A DNA stretch of 48,483 nt, from contig JBGTNO010000018.1 of assembly GCA_041743065.1 (NCBI GenBank), positions 1 through 48,483 of the forward strand, written 5' to 3'. This DNA comes from Chthoniobacterales bacterium (GTDB lineage: Bacteria > Verrucomicrobiota > Verrucomicrobiia > Chthoniobacterales > Chthoniobacteraceae). Numbering within the stretch: position 1 is the stretch's first letter; every line of letters starts with the position of its first letter. Of this stretch, positions 1-4,269 are shown piece by piece. The translations under genes were made by a program, and so were the position numbers. The notes under the pieces are model-generated. The model was given only the letters and a program-made list of their open reading frames with translations. It searched no databases and had not been told where the DNA came from.

Positions 1-376
1 GGCTAATATCTCGAATTTCTCGCCTTTCGGCTCCGGGAACCATTTCAAGACCCTGGGAAACTCGAGCTCTCCAACGAGATCCTCGCGCCATTTCCGCAAT
101 GTCTAGCCATTCTGATTTATCTGGAGATCCAACACCGTTGGGTGAGGTGTGTCAATAGCTGACCGCCAGCCTCCTCCTCTTGTTCAGAGCGATCAAGTCC
201 CACGCCCAAGCTTTCAATAGACCAAGGGCTTCGTGGGAGGTGTGCCTGAAACACCGAAATATCCGCCGTGAAATATCCTGCGGGTGTGACGCTTCAACGT
301 GCGTGGCTGCGGTGTTCGTTCTTTTTTGTCATATAGAGCGGCGCAGGCAATCTATGTAAGACCTGCGCCGCCATTT

Positions 377-450
377 CGCGGTCATCGTTCAAGAGCAGGA
401 TGCCTGGTTGCCAATCAGGCGATGCCGGTGCAATTCCGGCTGACCGCACC
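377..450 (+). tRNA. tRNA-Gly(GCC), non-canonical T-loop
   Basis: Acceptor GCGGTCA/TGACCGC; anticodon arm CCTGG-TTGCCAA-TCAGG; T arm GCCGG-TGCAATT-CCGGC; A73-CCA encoded. D-loop AAGAGCA lacks GG. Confidence 0.75.
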
Positions 451-473
451 ATTTTTCACTCATCATTATACCA

Positions 474-547
474 TACGGCGGGCGCCAGCTTGCGCAGCTC
501 GGTCTCCAAAACCAAGTGGGCTCGGGGCAGCACCGAGACGCCGTGCC
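474..547 (+). tRNA. tRNA-Trp(CCA), non-canonical T-loop
   Basis: Acceptor ACGGCGG/ACGCCGT (7:66 G.A); anticodon loop CTCCAAA; T arm CTCGG-GGCAGCA-CCGAG; G73-CCA. D region is irregular. Confidence 0.6.
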
Positions 548-559
548 ACTATTCAAAAA

Positions 560-632
560 TCGCGGGGGAGCCAGATGGGAAGGCAGCGGCCTCATAAGCC
601 GTCAACGAGCGGGTTCGATTCCCGCCCCCGCC
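560..632 (+). tRNA. tRNA-Met-type (CAU), canonical T-loop
   Basis: Anticodon arm GCGGC-CTCATAA-GCCGT; canonical T arm GCGGG-TTCGATT-CCCGC; D-loop with GGG. C1xC72 mismatch followed by 6 bp (initiator-like). A73 is followed by TCA, not CCA. Confidence 0.6.
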
Positions 633-643
633 ATCAATTTTAA

Positions 644-718
644 AGGGCCGCTAGATTAGTCAGGAAATCAGCCGGTTTGCACCCGGCAGTGCGGGGAGCA
701 TAGCCCCGGCGGTCCACC
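644..718 (+). tRNA. tRNA-Ala(UGC), non-canonical T-loop
   Basis: Acceptor GGGCCGC/GCGGTCC with G3.U70; D arm GATT-AGTCAGGA-AATC; anticodon arm GCCGG-TTTGCAC-CCGGC; T arm CGGGG-AGCATAG-CCCCG; A73-CCA. Confidence 0.8.
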
Positions 719-728
719 ATTTTTGTTA

Positions 729-840
729 AATCGCGGGAAGGTTGAGAACCCGACGCAACTGCGCCTTCGATGGACGCGGAGCGCATTCTGCGTAGCCGCC
801 GGAGCGGCAAAACCCGGGGAGTTTGGCTCCCGCCGATGCC
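729..840 (+). ncRNA. oversized tRNA-like unit, fold ambiguous
   Basis: 112 nt ending GCCGATG-CCA. Contains D arm GCGG-AGCGCATT-CTGC (775-790) and hairpin GCCGC-CGGA-GCGGC (794-807), homologous to unit 1796-1869. Acceptor pairing only 5/7; no 7-nt anticodon loop found. Confidence 0.3.
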
Positions 841-853
841 ATAGCGTTTCCCT

Positions 854-926
854 CTGTGAAGGGATGCGCTATCGCGCAGGCGTTCATAAGCTCTCTTATC
901 GTGGTGCGACTCCACGTCCCGCAACC
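854..926 (+). tRNA. degenerate tRNA-like unit with CAU loop
   Basis: T arm CGTGG-TGCGACT-CCACG; A73-CCA; loop TTCATAA. The anticodon stem has 2 mismatches and the acceptor needs a 2-nt bulge. Confidence 0.35.
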
Positions 927-934
927 ATTTCAGA

Positions 935-1022
935 TGCGGCGGTAGATCGCTAAAGACGCGAACCGGTCTGTAAAACCGGAGTCCTATCGGGCCGGTCGGG
1001 AGCGTTACCCGGACGCCGCACC
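935..1022 (+). tRNA. tRNA-Tyr(GUA), class II
   Basis: Acceptor GCGGCGG/ACGCCGC (7:66 G.A); anticodon arm CCGGT-CTGTAAA-ACCGG; 16-nt variable arm; T arm TCGGG-AGCGTTA-CCCGG; A73-CCA. Confidence 0.7.
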
Positions 1023-1023
1023 A

Positions 1024-1099
1024 CGGTCGTGGAGAGGATCAGCAGACTCGCCTGCCCGTCAAGCAGGAGACAGCGGGGGCAGCACCCGTCACGACCGCC
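1024..1099 (+). tRNA. tRNA-Asp(GUC), C33
   Basis: Acceptor GGTCGTG/CACGACC; anticodon arm CCTGC-CCGTCAA-GCAGG; T arm GCGGG-GGCAGCA-CCCGT; G73-CCA. Confidence 0.8.
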
Positions 1100-1108
1100 A
1101 TTTTCAGA

Positions 1109-1183
1109 CTTCCCCGTAGCTCAGCAGAAGAGCGCCGCTCTGCGAAGGCGGAGGCCGCTGGTGCGACTCCAGCCGGGGAAACC
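1109..1183 (+). tRNA. tRNA-Arg(GCG)
   Basis: Acceptor TTCCCCG/CGGGGAA; D arm GCTC-AGCAGAA-GAGC; anticodon arm CCGCT-CTGCGAA-GGCGG; T arm GCTGG-TGCGACT-CCAGC; A73-CCA. Confidence 0.8.
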
Positions 1184-1188
1184 ATTTA

Positions 1189-1263
1189 TCGGGCACGAGG
1201 AAGATAGCAATCCGCGCCGCTTGGGACGGCGAGACACCCGGAGCGTAACCGGGGTGCCCGACC
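1189..1263 (+). tRNA. tRNA-Pro(UGG)
   Basis: Acceptor CGGGCAC/GTGCCCG; anticodon arm CGCCG-CTTGGGA-CGGCG; T arm CCCGG-AGCGTAA-CCGGG; A73-CCA. Confidence 0.8.
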
Positions 1264-1272
1264 ATTTTCATT

Positions 1273-1337
1273 TGCTCCCGTGGCCGAGCAGAACAGAGGC
1301 ATCCGTCTTCTAAACGGAACAACGCAGGTGCAATTGC
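1273..1337 (+). pseudogene. 3'-truncated tRNA-Arg(UCU)-like unit
   Basis: 5' acceptor strand GCTCCCG; D arm GCC-(12 nt)-GGC; anticodon arm TCCGT-CTTCTAA-ACGGA; T-like hairpin CGCAG-GTGCAA-TTGCG. No complementary 3' strand before the next unit. Confidence 0.4.
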
Positions 1338-1416
1338 GGCTCCAGCCGCTATGCAATTTCCGCTCCGCGCCATGAGGGGGTGTGCTATCGCACCGGGCGT
1401 TCCTGCCGGGAGTGCC
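1338..1416 (+). pseudogene. degenerate tRNA-like unit, anticodon not assignable
   Basis: 3' end CGGGAGT-G-CCA pairs 6/7 with GCTCCAG (1338-1344) and 7/7 with GCTCCCG (1273-1279). Internal arms are poorly formed. Confidence 0.3.
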
Positions 1417-1431
1417 ATTTCAAAATTCCAA

Positions 1432-1506
1432 TTCCTCTCAATGCACAAAGTGTGCAGCCCGCCTGTTAAGCGGTGTGAGCCTGGTGCGATTCCAGGGGGA
1501 GGAGCC
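1432..1506 (+). tRNA. tRNA-Asn(GUU)
   Basis: Acceptor TCCTCTC/GGGAGGA; D arm TGCA-CAAAGTG-TGCA; anticodon loop CTGTTAA; T arm CCTGG-TGCGATT-CCAGG; G73-CCA. Confidence 0.8.
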
Positions 1507-1510
1507 ATTT

Positions 1511-1598
1511 TGGACAGTCAACCGGACCAGCGTGCCGGCGCCGGCCTGAACCCGGATGGAGCCGCAAGGCTTGAGGAGCATGTCCTCGGCTGTCCGCC
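1511..1598 (+). tRNA. tRNA-Ser(UGA), class II, C33
   Basis: Acceptor GGACAGT/GCTGTCC; anticodon stem CCGG/CCGG with loop CCTGAAC; variable arm AGCC-GCAA-GGCT; T arm TGAGG-AGCATGT-CCTCG. G73 is followed by CCC, not CCA. Confidence 0.65.
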
Positions 1599-1601
1599 CT
1601 T

Positions 1602-1725
1602 TTCCCGCGGTGTAACAGGCACACCTCGCGATTTCATAAATCGCAGATCTGGGTGCGATTGCCGCTTTAGGTTCGAAAGTAATTCAGGGGGGCTAACTCG
1701 CGTTGGCCGGTTCCCGGCGGGATCC
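1602..1725 (+). ncRNA. oversized (124 nt) tRNA-like unit with CAU anticodon arm
   Basis: Anticodon arm GCGAT-TTCATAA-ATCGC; T-like arm around TGCGATT with a G.G closing pair. 3' end GGCGGGA-T-CCA (1715-1725) pairs 6/7 with TCCCGCG (1602-1608). Confidence 0.35.
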
Positions 1726-1732
1726 AATTTCT

Positions 1733-1795
1733 CGCCCGCATGGTGCAAAAGCAGCACGTCTGGTTCTCAGCCAGAATGCTATGCGCGGAAGCGCT
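1733..1795 (+). pseudogene. tRNA-Glu(CUC)-like 5' body without own 3' acceptor strand
   Basis: GCCCGCA; D arm GTGC-AAAAGCA-GCAC; anticodon arm TCTGG-TTCTCAG-CCAGA; then GCGC-GGAA-GCGC hairpin in place of a T arm. Confidence 0.4.
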
Positions 1796-1869
1796 CACCT
1801 GCAACGCGGAGCGGTGACTGCATGGCGGCAGGAGCCGCAACACTCGGAGCATTACCAGGTGCGGGTGCC
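1796..1869 (+). ncRNA. anticodon-less tRNA-like RNA
   Basis: Acceptor ACCTGCA/TGCGGGT (7 bp); D arm GCGG-AGCGGTGA-CTGC; T arm CTCGG-AGCATTA-CCAGG; G73-CCC. The anticodon position holds GCGGC-AGGA-GCCGC (5 bp plus tetraloop). Confidence 0.45.
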
Positions 1870-1874
1870 CCTTT

Positions 1875-1948
1875 CCCCTCCATAGCTCAAAAGCAGAGCA
1901 CCCGGCCGATAACCGGGCGACCGGGGAGCATTACCTCGTGGAGGGACC
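1875..1948 (+). tRNA. tRNA-Ile(GAU), C33
   Basis: Acceptor CCCTCCA/TGGAGGG; D arm GCTC-AAAAGCA-GAGC; anticodon arm CCCGG-CCGATAA-CCGGG; T arm CGGGG-AGCATTA-CCTCG; A73-CCA. Confidence 0.8.
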
Positions 1949-1952
1949 ACTC

Positions 1953-2027
1953 TGGCTGCGTAGCTGAGAGAGATTAGCGCCTCGCTGAAGACGAGGAGAG
2001 TCCGGCGCGATACCGGACGCAGCCACC
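1953..2027 (+). tRNA. tRNA-Phe(GAA)
   Basis: Acceptor GGCTGCG/CGCAGCC; anticodon arm CCTCG-CTGAAGA-CGAGG; T arm TCCGG-CGCGATA-CCGGA; A73-CCA. Confidence 0.8.
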
Positions 2028-2036
2028 ATTTTTCAT

Positions 2037-2111
2037 CGCGTCATTGGTGTAACAGCAAGCACGGCGGTCTTCCAAACCGCGGGCGTCGGGGCAGCACCGG
2101 CATGGCGCACC
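2037..2111 (+). tRNA. tRNA-Gly(UCC)
   Basis: Acceptor GCGTCAT/ATGGCGC; D arm GTGT-AACAGCAA-GCAC; anticodon arm GCGGT-CTTCCAA-ACCGC; T arm GTCGG-GGCAGCA-CCGGC; A73-CCA. Confidence 0.8.
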
Positions 2112-2120
2112 ATTTTTCGA

Positions 2121-2197
2121 TTCCTCCGTGGCAGAGGTCAGCAATGCACTCCTCTCGTACAGGAGATCATGCCGGGGCAGCGCCGGCCGGAGGATCC
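2121..2197 (+). tRNA. tRNA-Thr(CGU)
   Basis: Acceptor TCCTCCG/CGGAGGA; anticodon arm CTCCT-CTCGTAC-AGGAG; T arm GCCGG-GGCAGCG-CCGGC; U73-CCA. Confidence 0.8.
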
Positions 2198-2204
2198 ATT
2201 TTAG

Positions 2205-2280
2205 TGGAGGTCGTGATGTAACAGCCAGCATTCGATCCTGTGAAGATCGCTGAGCGGGGGCAGCACCCGTCGACCTCCCC
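2205..2280 (+). tRNA. tRNA-His(GUG) with encoded G-1
   Basis: G-1 (2205) lies opposite C73 (2277). Acceptor GAGGTCG/CGACCTC; D arm ATGT-AACAGCCA-GCAT; anticodon arm CGATC-CTGTGAA-GATCG; T arm GCGGG-GGCAGCA-CCCGT; CCA. Confidence 0.8.
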
Positions 2281-2290
2281 ACTTTCATAA

Positions 2291-2366
2291 GCGCGCACAA
2301 GGCAAAGTCGTCGAACCGGCGGTCTGCAAAACCGCTTTACCCGGTGCGAGTCCGGGGTGCGCGTCC
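2291..2366 (+). tRNA. tRNA-Cys(GCA)
   Basis: Acceptor CGCGCAC/GTGCGCG; anticodon arm GCGGT-CTGCAAA-ACCGC; T arm CCCGG-TGCGAGT-CCGGG; U73-CCA. Confidence 0.75.
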
Positions 2367-2371
2367 ACTTT

Positions 2372-2442
2372 TGGGGCCATCACTGAAGAGCAGGATGGCG
2401 CATTCGCATTGCGTTGATCGGGGTGCAATTCCCCGTGGCTCC
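2372..2442 (+). tRNA. tRNA-Ala(CGC)
   Basis: Acceptor GGGGCCA/TGGCTCC with G3.U70; anticodon arm GCGCA-TTCGCAT-TGCGT; T arm CGGGG-TGCAATT-CCCCG; A73; no CCA. D stem is weak. Confidence 0.65.
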
Positions 2443-2451
2443 AGTTTTTTA

Positions 2452-2526
2452 TCGGGCACGAGGAAGACAGCAATCCGCGCCGTTCGGATCGGCGAGACAC
2501 TCGGGGCAGCACCGAGGTGCCCGACC
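2452..2526 (+). tRNA. tRNA-Pro(CGG)
   Basis: Acceptor CGGGCAC/GTGCCCG (same as 1189-1263); anticodon arm CGCCG-TTCGGAT-CGGCG; T arm CTCGG-GGCAGCA-CCGAG; A73-CCA. Confidence 0.8.
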
Positions 2527-2538
2527 ACTTTTCGAAAA

Positions 2539-2610
2539 CTCCGCCAAAGCGTAGGCAGCGACGCACCCGGTCGGTAACCGGGAGAGGCCGGTGCATGCCC
2601 GGCTGGCGGA
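2539..2610 (+). tRNA. tRNA-Thr(GGU), C33
   Basis: Acceptor TCCGCCA/TGGCGGA; D arm GCGT-AGGCAGCG-ACGC; anticodon arm CCCGG-TCGGTAA-CCGGG; T arm GCCGG-TGCATGC-CCGGC. U73 is followed by CGC. Confidence 0.7.
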
Positions 2611-2623
2611 TCGCTTTTCAGAA

Positions 2624-2761
2624 TCCCGGGGAAGAGCACCGGTCGCTCGTCAGCCTCAGAAGCTGGAGGCAGTTGGTTCGATTGCCAGCGTCTTCCGACG
2701 CTGCCCTTTGGGCTGTGCTGTCGCACAGGCTGTCTCGCCACTCGCTCCAACCCCCGGAACC
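2624..2761 (+). ncRNA. oversized (138 nt) tRNA-like unit with CAG anticodon arm
   Basis: D arm GAGC-ACCGGTC-GCTC; anticodon arm TCAGC-CTCAGAA-GCTGG; T arm GTTGG-TTCGATTG-CCAGC; then hairpins GCGTC-TTCC-GACGC and TGTGC-TGTC-GCACA. 3' end CCCCGGA-A-CCA pairs 6/7 with CCCGGGG (2624-2630). Confidence 0.35.
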
Positions 2762-2767
2762 ACTTTT

Positions 2768-2843
2768 ACGCTCCGTAGCATAACGAGCAGTGCGGCGGTC
2801 TCATAAGCCGTCAGGTGCTGGTGCGATTCCAGCCGGAGCGACC
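2768..2843 (+). tRNA. tRNA-Met/Ile2-type (CAU)
   Basis: Acceptor CGCTCCG/CGGAGCG; D arm GCAT-AACGAGCA-GTGC; anticodon arm GCGGT-CTCATAA-GCCGT; T arm GCTGG-TGCGATT-CCAGC; A73-CCA. Confidence 0.8.
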
Positions 2844-2849
2844 ATCTTT

Positions 2850-2941
2850 GGGAAGTTAAAGCGGACAAGCGAGCCGCCGCCGGTTGGAAGCCGGACAGAC
2901 CTCGACTTCGAGGTTGTGGAGCATGCCCACTGACTTCCGCC
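2850..2941 (+). tRNA. tRNA-Ser(GGA), class II
   Basis: Acceptor GGAAGTT/GACTTCC; D arm GCGG-(9 nt)-CCGC; anticodon loop TTGGAAG; variable arm ACCTCG-ACTT-CGAGGT; T arm GTGG-AGCATGC-CCAC; G73-CCA. Confidence 0.75.
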
Positions 2942-2946
2942 ATTCT

Positions 2947-3088
2947 TGGGTCGCAAGCATTGCAGTGATGCAGCGGTTTGACGCTCCGGCGTCCATGCTG
3001 TCAGTGCTCCGCGCCTTTGGAGAGGGGCGCTGCGCGCGCCCTGCATTCTTAAACCGCAGAGCGCGGGGCAGCACCGTGGCGACCCACC
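2947..3088 (+). ncRNA. oversized (142 nt) tRNA-like unit, no clean anticodon loop
   Basis: GGGTCGC (2947-2953) pairs with GCGACCC-A-CCA (3078-3088). D arm GCAT-TGCAGTG-ATGC; T arm CGCGG-GGCAGCA-CCGTG (3061-3077). The interior holds hairpins GACGC-TCCG-GCGTC and GCGCC-(10 nt)-GGCGC. Confidence 0.3.
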
Positions 3089-3093
3089 ATTCT

Positions 3094-3236
3094 TGGAAGC
3101 TGAACCGGACAGCCGAGCGCAGCGAGACAGCCAGCCTAACTTCCTTTCAAAACAATGCGGGCAACCGTGCCGGGACTGTTTCGAAAACAGATCGTTCCGC
3201 CTTGCGGAATGGGGAGCATGCCCTCCGGCTTCCGCC
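3094..3236 (+). tRNA. oversized unit containing a class II tRNA-Ser(CGA)-like body
   Basis: From ~3155: D arm CGG-(9 nt)-CCG; anticodon stem CTGT/ACAG with loop TTCGAAA; variable arm TTCCG-CCTTG-CGGAA; T arm GGGG-AGCATGC-CCTC; G73-CCA. The only complementary 5' strand (GGAAGCT) sits 54 nt upstream at 3094-3100. Confidence 0.45.
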
Positions 3237-3244
3237 ACTTTTTT

Positions 3245-3321
3245 CGCCAGCGTGGATGGACAAGAAATCTCACCGCTTTTGTAAAGCGGAGGATGCGGGA
3301 GCGTTACCCGCCGCTGGCTCC
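3245..3321 (+). tRNA. tRNA-Thr(UGU)
   Basis: Acceptor GCCAGCG/CGCTGGC; anticodon arm CCGCT-TTTGTAA-AGCGG; T arm GCGGG-AGCGTTA-CCCGC; U73-CCA. Confidence 0.75.
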
Positions 3322-3329
3322 ACTTCCAA

Positions 3330-3403
3330 TTGCCCCGTGATGTAACAGCAGCATAACCGGCTCTGACCCGGTTCGCGTTGGTGCGAATCCAGCCGGGGCA
3401 GCC
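3330..3403 (+). tRNA. tRNA-Gln(CUG)
   Basis: Acceptor TGCCCCG/CGGGGCA; D arm ATGT-AACAGCA-GCAT; anticodon arm ACCGG-CTCTGAC-CCGGT; T arm GTTGG-TGCGAAT-CCAGC; G73-CCA. Confidence 0.8.
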
Positions 3404-3417
3404 ATTTCTCCAATTCC

Positions 3418-3501
3418 TGCGCCGGTAGATCATCAGCAGATCGCCGCACCGATCCGCCGCGGCGGACGGAGGCAGGCGGGGCAGCACCGCCCCGGCGCAC
3501 C
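3418..3501 (+). ncRNA. anticodon-less tRNA-like RNA with extended central helix
   Basis: Acceptor GCGCCGG/CCGGCGC; D arm GATC-ATCAGCA-GATC; T arm GGCGG-GGCAGCA-CCGCC; A73-CCA. The central arm is a long helix (3448-3468, one bulge) capped by tetraloop CGCG; there is no 7-nt loop. Confidence 0.45.
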
Positions 3502-3509
3502 ATCTTCAA

Positions 3510-3585
3510 CGCTCCCGTAGCTCAACGTATAGAGCACCGCGCTTCGAACGCGGAGGTTGCAGGCGAAATTCCTGCCGGGAGTGCC
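3510..3585 (+). tRNA. tRNA-Arg(UCG)
   Basis: Acceptor GCTCCCG/CGGGAGT; D arm GCTC-AACGTATA-GAGC; anticodon arm CCGCG-CTTCGAA-CGCGG; T arm GCAGG-CGAAATT-CCTGC; G73-CCA. Confidence 0.8.
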
Positions 3586-3592
3586 ACCCTTC

Positions 3593-3667
3593 TCCCGGCG
3601 TAGCCCAATGCAGAGACAACGAGTTCAGACCTCGTTCAGTGCGGGTGCAAGTCCTGCCGCCGGGACC
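3593..3667 (+). tRNA. tRNA with Leu anticodon CAG, class I architecture
   Basis: Acceptor CCCGGCG/CGCCGGG; anticodon arm ACGAG-TTCAGAC-CTCGT; 5-nt variable loop; T arm GCGGG-TGCAAGT-CCTGC; A73-CCA. Confidence 0.7.
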
Positions 3668-3672
3668 ATTTT

Positions 3673-3747
3673 CGCTCCCGTAGCCCAACGCAGCAGAGGC
3701 AGCCGGCTTAAACCCGGCCAAGTGTCGGTGCGAATCCGACCGGGAGC
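3673..3747 (+). tRNA. tRNA with Leu anticodon UAA, class I architecture
   Basis: Acceptor GCTCCCG/CGGGAGC; anticodon arm GCCGG-CTTAAAC-CCGGC; 5-nt variable loop; T arm GTCGG-TGCGAAT-CCGAC; A73; no CCA. Confidence 0.7.
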
Positions 3748-3755
3748 ACGAGTTA

Positions 3756-3830
3756 AGCCCGCGTAGTCCAACGCAGAGACATCCGCCTCAAAAACGGACC
3801 AGTGCAGGTGCAAGTCCTGCCGCGGGCACC
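3756..3830 (+). tRNA. tRNA with Leu anticodon CAA, class I architecture
   Basis: Acceptor GCCCGCG/CGCGGGC; D arm GTC-(8 nt)-GAC; loop CTCAAAA on stem TCCG/CGGA; T arm GCAGG-TGCAAGT-CCTGC; A73-CCA. Confidence 0.7.
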
Positions 3831-3832
3831 AA

Positions 3833-3923
3833 AGGAACGTGAACCGGACAAGCGAGCCGGGATTCTTTGCTAAGGAAATCGATCCGCGCTGCGGATTGGG
3901 GAGCATGCCCTCCGCGTTCCGCC
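3833..3923 (+). tRNA. tRNA-Ser(GCU), class II
   Basis: Acceptor GGAACGT/GCGTTCC; D arm CCGG-(9 nt)-CCGG; anticodon loop TTGCTAA; variable arm ATCCG-CGCTG-CGGAT; T arm GGGG-AGCATGC-CCTC; G73-CCA. Confidence 0.75.
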
Positions 3924-3936
3924 ATTTTCTCCGTAA

Positions 3937-4017
3937 CGACCTCTCGTGGTGTAAAGCAGCACGAACGTCCTATGCCCGTTGAACCTGAGACGCGGGTACG
4001 AGTCCTGGCGGGAGGTC
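3937..4017 (+). tRNA. atypical tRNA-like unit, possible UAU anticodon, C33
   Basis: 10-bp terminal helix GACCTCTCGT/GCGGGAGGTC; D arm GTGT-AAAGCA-GCAC; stem AACG/CGTT with loop CCTATGC; 12-nt variable region; T arm CGGG-TACGAGT-CCTG; no CCA. Confidence 0.4.
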
Positions 4018-4028
4018 TTTTCCTTTAC

Positions 4029-4104
4029 TGCCCGTGAATGCAAAGAGCCGAGCGCCTCGCCTTTCAAGTGAGACCTAGCCGGTGCGAGTCCGGCCACGGG
4101 TGCC
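4029..4104 (+). tRNA. tRNA-Glu(UUC)
   Basis: Acceptor GCCCGTG/CACGGGT; anticodon arm CTCGC-CTTTCAA-GTGAG; T arm GCCGG-TGCGAGT-CCGGC; G73-CCA. Confidence 0.75.
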
Positions 4105-4111
4105 ATTTTCA

Positions 4112-4187
4112 TGCTCGCGTAGCCCAACAGTAGAGGCACTGCGTCGAGAGCGCAGCCAGTGCGGGTGCGAATCCTGCCGCGAGCACC
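4112..4187 (+). tRNA. tRNA with Leu anticodon GAG, class I architecture, C33
   Basis: Acceptor GCTCGCG/CGCGAGC; anticodon arm CTGCG-TCGAGAG-CGCAG; 5-nt variable loop; T arm GCGGG-TGCGAAT-CCTGC; A73-CCA. Confidence 0.75.
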
Positions 4188-4194
4188 ATTTGAA

Positions 4195-4268
4195 GGGGCC
4201 GAAAGCATTAAAGTGATGCAACGGACTTTTAATCCGTCGAACGGGGAGCATTACCCCGGCGGCCCACC
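4195..4268 (+). tRNA. tRNA-Lys(UUU)
   Basis: Acceptor GGGCCGA/GCGGCCC (7:66 A.G); D arm GCAT-TAAAGTG-ATGC; anticodon arm ACGGA-CTTTTAA-TCCGT; T arm CGGGG-AGCATTA-CCCCG. A73 is followed by CCT. Confidence 0.7.
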
Positions 4269-4269
4269 T

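Noticed and set aside
1-300. Possible short minus-strand ORF running off the left edge (MARGSRWRARVSQGLEMVPG...)
   Set aside because: It is too short, has no motif or RBS, and is truncated by the window. It cannot be supported.
337-372. 10-bp hairpin GCGGCGCAGG-(14 nt)-CCTGCGCCGC followed by CA-TTT just before the first tRNA
   Set aside because: It could be a minihelix or a transcription element, but it lacks D and T arms and I cannot support any specific call.
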